Assembly (NCBI GenBank): GCA_964616435.1
Contig: CAZTSB010000072.1
Location: 18,393-82,392, forward strand
DNA from: an uncultured Puniceicoccaceae bacterium
Lineage (GTDB): Bacteria; Verrucomicrobiota; Verrucomicrobiia; Opitutales; Coraliomargaritaceae
Length of the DNA stretch: 64,000 nucleotides
Direction of reading: 5' to 3'
Shown here: piece after piece, positions 60,857 through 64,000 of the stretch
How the letters are laid out: each line of letters opens with the position of its first letter
How positions within the stretch are numbered: position 1 is the first letter of the stretch
The notes under the pieces: generated by a model
Told to the model about the DNA's origin: nothing
Seen by the model: the letters and a program-made list of their open reading frames with translations, nothing else
The model's database searches: none
Program-made: the position numbers and the translations under genes

Positions 60857-62395
60857 ATGACTTCTCAAACCAAAACAGGCACCGTTTATCTCGTTGGCGC
60901 CGGACCCGGTGATCTGGGGCTGGTCACTATGCGTGCCCGCGAACTGATCGAGTCTGCCGATGTGCTCGTTTATGATTATCTGGCAAATCCCAAGCTACTG
61001 GATTGGACGCGCGAAGAGTGTGAAAAAGTTTATGTCGGTAAACAATCGGGGCGTCATTCCATTCCACAGGATGAAATCGAGACAATACTGATCGACCGTG
61101 CCCGAAAAGGTCTTTCGGTTGTGCGTCTGAAAGGCGGCGATCCCTTTGTTTTCGGCCGGGGAGGCGAGGAAGTCGAGCAATTGGAGCAGGATCGGATCTC
61201 ATTCGAAATTGTGCCGGGAGTGACGGCCGCTCTTGCCGCAGCAGCATATGTGGGCATCCCGTTGACCCATCGCGATTACAGTTCCTCGATCATGTTTCTT
61301 ACGGGTCATGAAAATCCGGAAAAGCATACGCTCAGCATTGATTTTCACGCACATGGAAATGCCGAAGGCACACTCTGCATTTACATGGGGATTGGTCAGC
61401 TACCACGAATTATTGAAGAGTTAAAAGCAGGCGGGATGCCGGGGGACAAGCCGGTGGCTATCGTCGAGTGGGCAACCTTGAATTCCCAGCGCTCACTTTT
61501 TTCAACCGTCGACTCTATTGTTGCTGATCTGGAAGCGTCGGATCTGGGAGCGCCTGCAGTGATTATCATTGGCGAAGTCGTGGCTAGACGTTCGGAAACC
61601 AAGTGGTTTGAAGACAGACCGCTGATGGGCAAACGAATTGTTGTGACGCGAGCGCGTGAGCAGGCAGGCAAACTATCCGAATTGCTTGAGCTTGAGGGCG
61701 CTGAGGTGCTGGAATTGCCTTTCATTAAAGTGGAGCGTGATTTCGACAGGCAGCAGCTTGGTGAAATCCTGGCTGGAATCGCCACTTATGACTGGATTTT
61801 GTTTACCAGCACAAACGGCGTTCGTTTCTTCTTCGAGTTATTTTACAAAGCATTCGACGACATCCGTTGTCTTGGTCCTATGCGCATTGCTGCGGTGGGT
61901 GCGGCAACTGCGCGCGAGATCGAAAAGCACAGACTCAAGGTCGATCTGGTTCCGGAACAAGCCAATGGTAACGCTCTGGCAGATGCGCTGATCAAAAACG
62001 AAAGTATCGATAACATCCAGATGCTTGTCATCACCGGGAATCAAAATCGTGAGACGCTGGTTCAACGTCTTGAAACTGAAGGCAAGGCCATCGTCGATAC
62101 GCTGCCGCTGTACAAAACAACGCAGGCCGATCTGGGTGAGCATCCTGCCGCCGCCCGATTTCGACGAGAGGGTGCGGATGCGGTTTTGTTTACCAGCTCT
62201 TCGACCGTTCGATCCTTTGTGGACCAGTCTGAAGCGCTTGAGCTTGAGCCAAGCGCTACCAAACCGGTGCTTGGCAGTATCGGTCCGCTGACGACAAGTA
62301 CCCTTGAGGAATATAAGTTGCCAGTTGGTTTTGAAGCAGAAAAGGCCAATTTGATTCGTTTTGTACAGGCCACGATACAGTCTCTTGATGAGTAG
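60857..62395 (+). CDS. cobA: Fused uroporphyrinogen-III C-methyltransferase / uroporphyrinogen-III synthase
   Basis: LVGAGPGD, RLKGGDPFVFGRGGEE, then a HemD domain (VVTRAREQA, FTSTNGV, FTSSSTV). Confidence 0.95.
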   Translation: MTSQTKTGTVYLVGAGPGDLGLVTMRARELIESADVLVYDYLANPKLLDWTREECEKVYVGKQSGRHSIPQDEIETILIDRARKGLSVVRLKGGDPFVFGRGGEEVEQLEQDRISFEIVPGVTAALAAAAYVGIPLTHRDYSSSIMFLTGHENPEKHTLSIDFHAHGNAEGTLCIYMGIGQLPRIIEELKAGGMPGDKPVAIVEWATLNSQRSLFSTVDSIVADLEASDLGAPAVIIIGEVVARRSETKWFEDRPLMGKRIVVTRAREQAGKLSELLELEGAEVLELPFIKVERDFDRQQLGEILAGIATYDWILFTSTNGVRFFFELFYKAFDDIRCLGPMRIAAVGAATAREIEKHRLKVDLVPEQANGNALADALIKNESIDNIQMLVITGNQNRETLVQRLETEGKAIVDTLPLYKTTQADLGEHPAAARFRREGADAVLFTSSSTVRSFVDQSEALELEPSATKPVLGSIGPLTTSTLEEYKLPVGFEAEKANLIRFVQATIQSLDE

Positions 62396-63410
62396 CTCAG
62401 GGGCACAGATACGAAAGCGATTGGAGGACGAGGCCAGAGAACTCGGTTTTCATGGGCTGGGCGTCGTTGCAGTGCCTTTGGAACTCAGACGTGATTATTA
62501 CTCAAAATGGATTGCCGAGGGCAAACACGGCACTATGTCCTGGATGGAGCGCAACAATGATCGTCGTATGCATCCTGAGCAATTACTGCCCGAGGCGCGG
62601 AGTATTGTTGTTCTGGCATTGAATTATTATCAACCCGACCCGGAGCGTCTTTACCGAATTGCCAAATATGCGCTGGGTGATGACTATCATGGCTTTATGC
62701 TACGGCGTTTGAAGCGATTGTGTCGTATCCTGCGTGAAGAGTTTGGTGGCAGTCAACGGCCATACGTAGATACCGGTCCTTTGCTTGAGAAACCGATTGC
62801 AGAAGCTGCGGGTCTTGGTTGGCAGGGCAAAAGCACCATTCTGATCGAGCCAAAGCGTGGAACTTGGTCATTTCTGGCAAACATTGTAACGACGCTTGAA
62901 CTGCCGACGGATAGGCCGGGTAAAGATCGTTGCGGGAGCTGTACACGCTGTCTCGATGTTTGCCCGACTCGTGCGATCACCGCGCCTTACCAGTTGGACG
63001 CAAGCAGGTGTATTTCATACCTGACCATTGAGCACGATGGCTCTATTCCGAATGAATTTCGTAAGGCGATTGGTGATCGCATTTACGGTTGTGACGAGTG
63101 CCTGGACGTTTGCCCGTGGAACAAGTGGGCGACACCGACGCAGGAGGCGAAATTCAGTCCGCGCAAATTGCCTGTGCTTAGAGAGATGCTATTATGGAAC
63201 GAGGCAACCTTTGCCAGTCAGATGTTGGGTTCACCGATGCGCCGACTCAAGCTGCCGCGCTTCCGGCGCAATATTTGCGTTGCTTTGGGCAATGTTGGAA
63301 CGGCTGAGGATTTGCCTGCACTGGAAAAAGTAAAATCGGACGAAGATTCAATGGTTGCCGAACACGCGTTTTGGGCTATAAGAGAAATAAAAAATCGCAG
63401 TTTACAATAA
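62388..63410 (+). CDS. queG: Epoxyqueuosine reductase
   Basis: YALGDDYH, VDTGP, AGLGWQGK, CGSCTRCLDVCPT, CISYLTIE, GCDECLDVCPWN. Confidence 0.95.
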   Translation: MSSSGAQIRKRLEDEARELGFHGLGVVAVPLELRRDYYSKWIAEGKHGTMSWMERNNDRRMHPEQLLPEARSIVVLALNYYQPDPERLYRIAKYALGDDYHGFMLRRLKRLCRILREEFGGSQRPYVDTGPLLEKPIAEAAGLGWQGKSTILIEPKRGTWSFLANIVTTLELPTDRPGKDRCGSCTRCLDVCPTRAITAPYQLDASRCISYLTIEHDGSIPNEFRKAIGDRIYGCDECLDVCPWNKWATPTQEAKFSPRKLPVLREMLLWNEATFASQMLGSPMRRLKLPRFRRNICVALGNVGTAEDLPALEKVKSDEDSMVAEHAFWAIREIKNRSLQ

Positions 63411-63448
63411 ACTACTGGATTGCTTAACTATCGGCTTTAGAAAAATGT

Positions 63449-64000
63449 ATGATGAATGAACAAACAGTAGAATCTAAGATGAATGCGCTGGCAGCTTATG
63501 GCCTGAAAGTAATTGCAGCTATTTTGATTTTGATCATTGGCCTGTGGCTGGCCAAAAAAGCGAGAGCATTGTTCGTTAAGGTGCTGACCGACCGGGAGGT
63601 GGATGTTACCTTGGTTAAATTCTTTGCCAATATCCTGCACGGTGCAGTTGTTGTGTTTGTTGCCATCGCGGCCATTGGCAAACTGGGTATCGAAACGACA
63701 TCGTTGGCAGCAGTAGTTGCCTCTGCTGGCCTCGCAATCGGTCTTGCGCTGCAAGGTTCGCTTTCCAACTTTGCATCCGGCGTACTCCTTATTTTGTTTA
63801 AGCCGTTCAAGGTGGGAGATACAGTGAAAGCAGGCAGTGAAATGGGCGTTGTTGTTGAAGTCGGTCTGTTGGCAACAGAATTGAAAACGCTTGATAACAT
63901 AAAAATGATCTTGCCAAACTCCACGATTCTCAATGGGCCGATTGCAAATTTTTCGGCAAACTCGACCCGACGCATAGACATGACAATCGGTGTTGGCTAT
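63449..64000 (+). CDS. mscS: Small-conductance mechanosensitive channel (runs off window end)
   Basis: Manual translation: ...KLGIETTSLAAVVASAGLAIGLALQGSLSNFASGVLLILFKPFKVGD...T.LKTLDN...LPNS. Confidence 0.92.
   Translation, partial: MMNEQTVESKMNALAAYGLKVIAAILILIIGLWLAKKARALFVKVLTDREVDVTLVKFFANILHGAVVVFVAIAAIGKLGIETTSLAAVVASAGLAIGLALQGSLSNFASGVLLILFKPFKVGDTVKAGSEMGVVVEVGLLATELKTLDNIKMILPNSTILNGPIANFSANSTRRIDMTIGVGY

Overview
This 64 kb window is bacterial chromosome. Gene content and protein style suggest Verrucomicrobiota (Opitutales/Puniceicoccaceae-like); that is an inference, not a database result. Most of it is housekeeping: pilB/gspE (partial), rho, coaE, nadA, guaA, hisD, queF, psd, folA, thyA, dciA, dinB, purH, sdhCAB, tsaE, thiL, xth, mnmA, queA, rpe, tRNA-Val, ilvN, ilvC, hemC, cobA/hemD, queG and mscS (partial). 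Two accessory regions stand out. (1) At about 5.7-17.9 kb, two glycosyltransferases precede a complete trans-AT polyketide beta-branching cassette: donor ACP, Cys->Ser KS0, trans-AT with an extra C-terminal domain, HMG-CoA-synthase homologue, ECH1 and ECH2. The cassette surrounds a single stand-alone DH-KR-ACP-KS protein, with no loading or release domain and no Trp-flag acceptor ACP. (2) At about 30.1-32.9 kb, downstream of purH, there is an integrase-less array of attC-like sites, each with a non-GTT crossover triplet. It holds small cassette genes, a multiply inactivated brnT with an intact brnA, and hsdS and RAYT remnants. Also seen: a candidate structured sRNA between dciA and dinB, a CLC-F-type fluoride exporter, a cysteine-poor OmcB-like protein, a minor-pilin triad and dispersed 7-bp-period intergenic repeats. 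All assignments come from reading motifs by eye; no searches were run.
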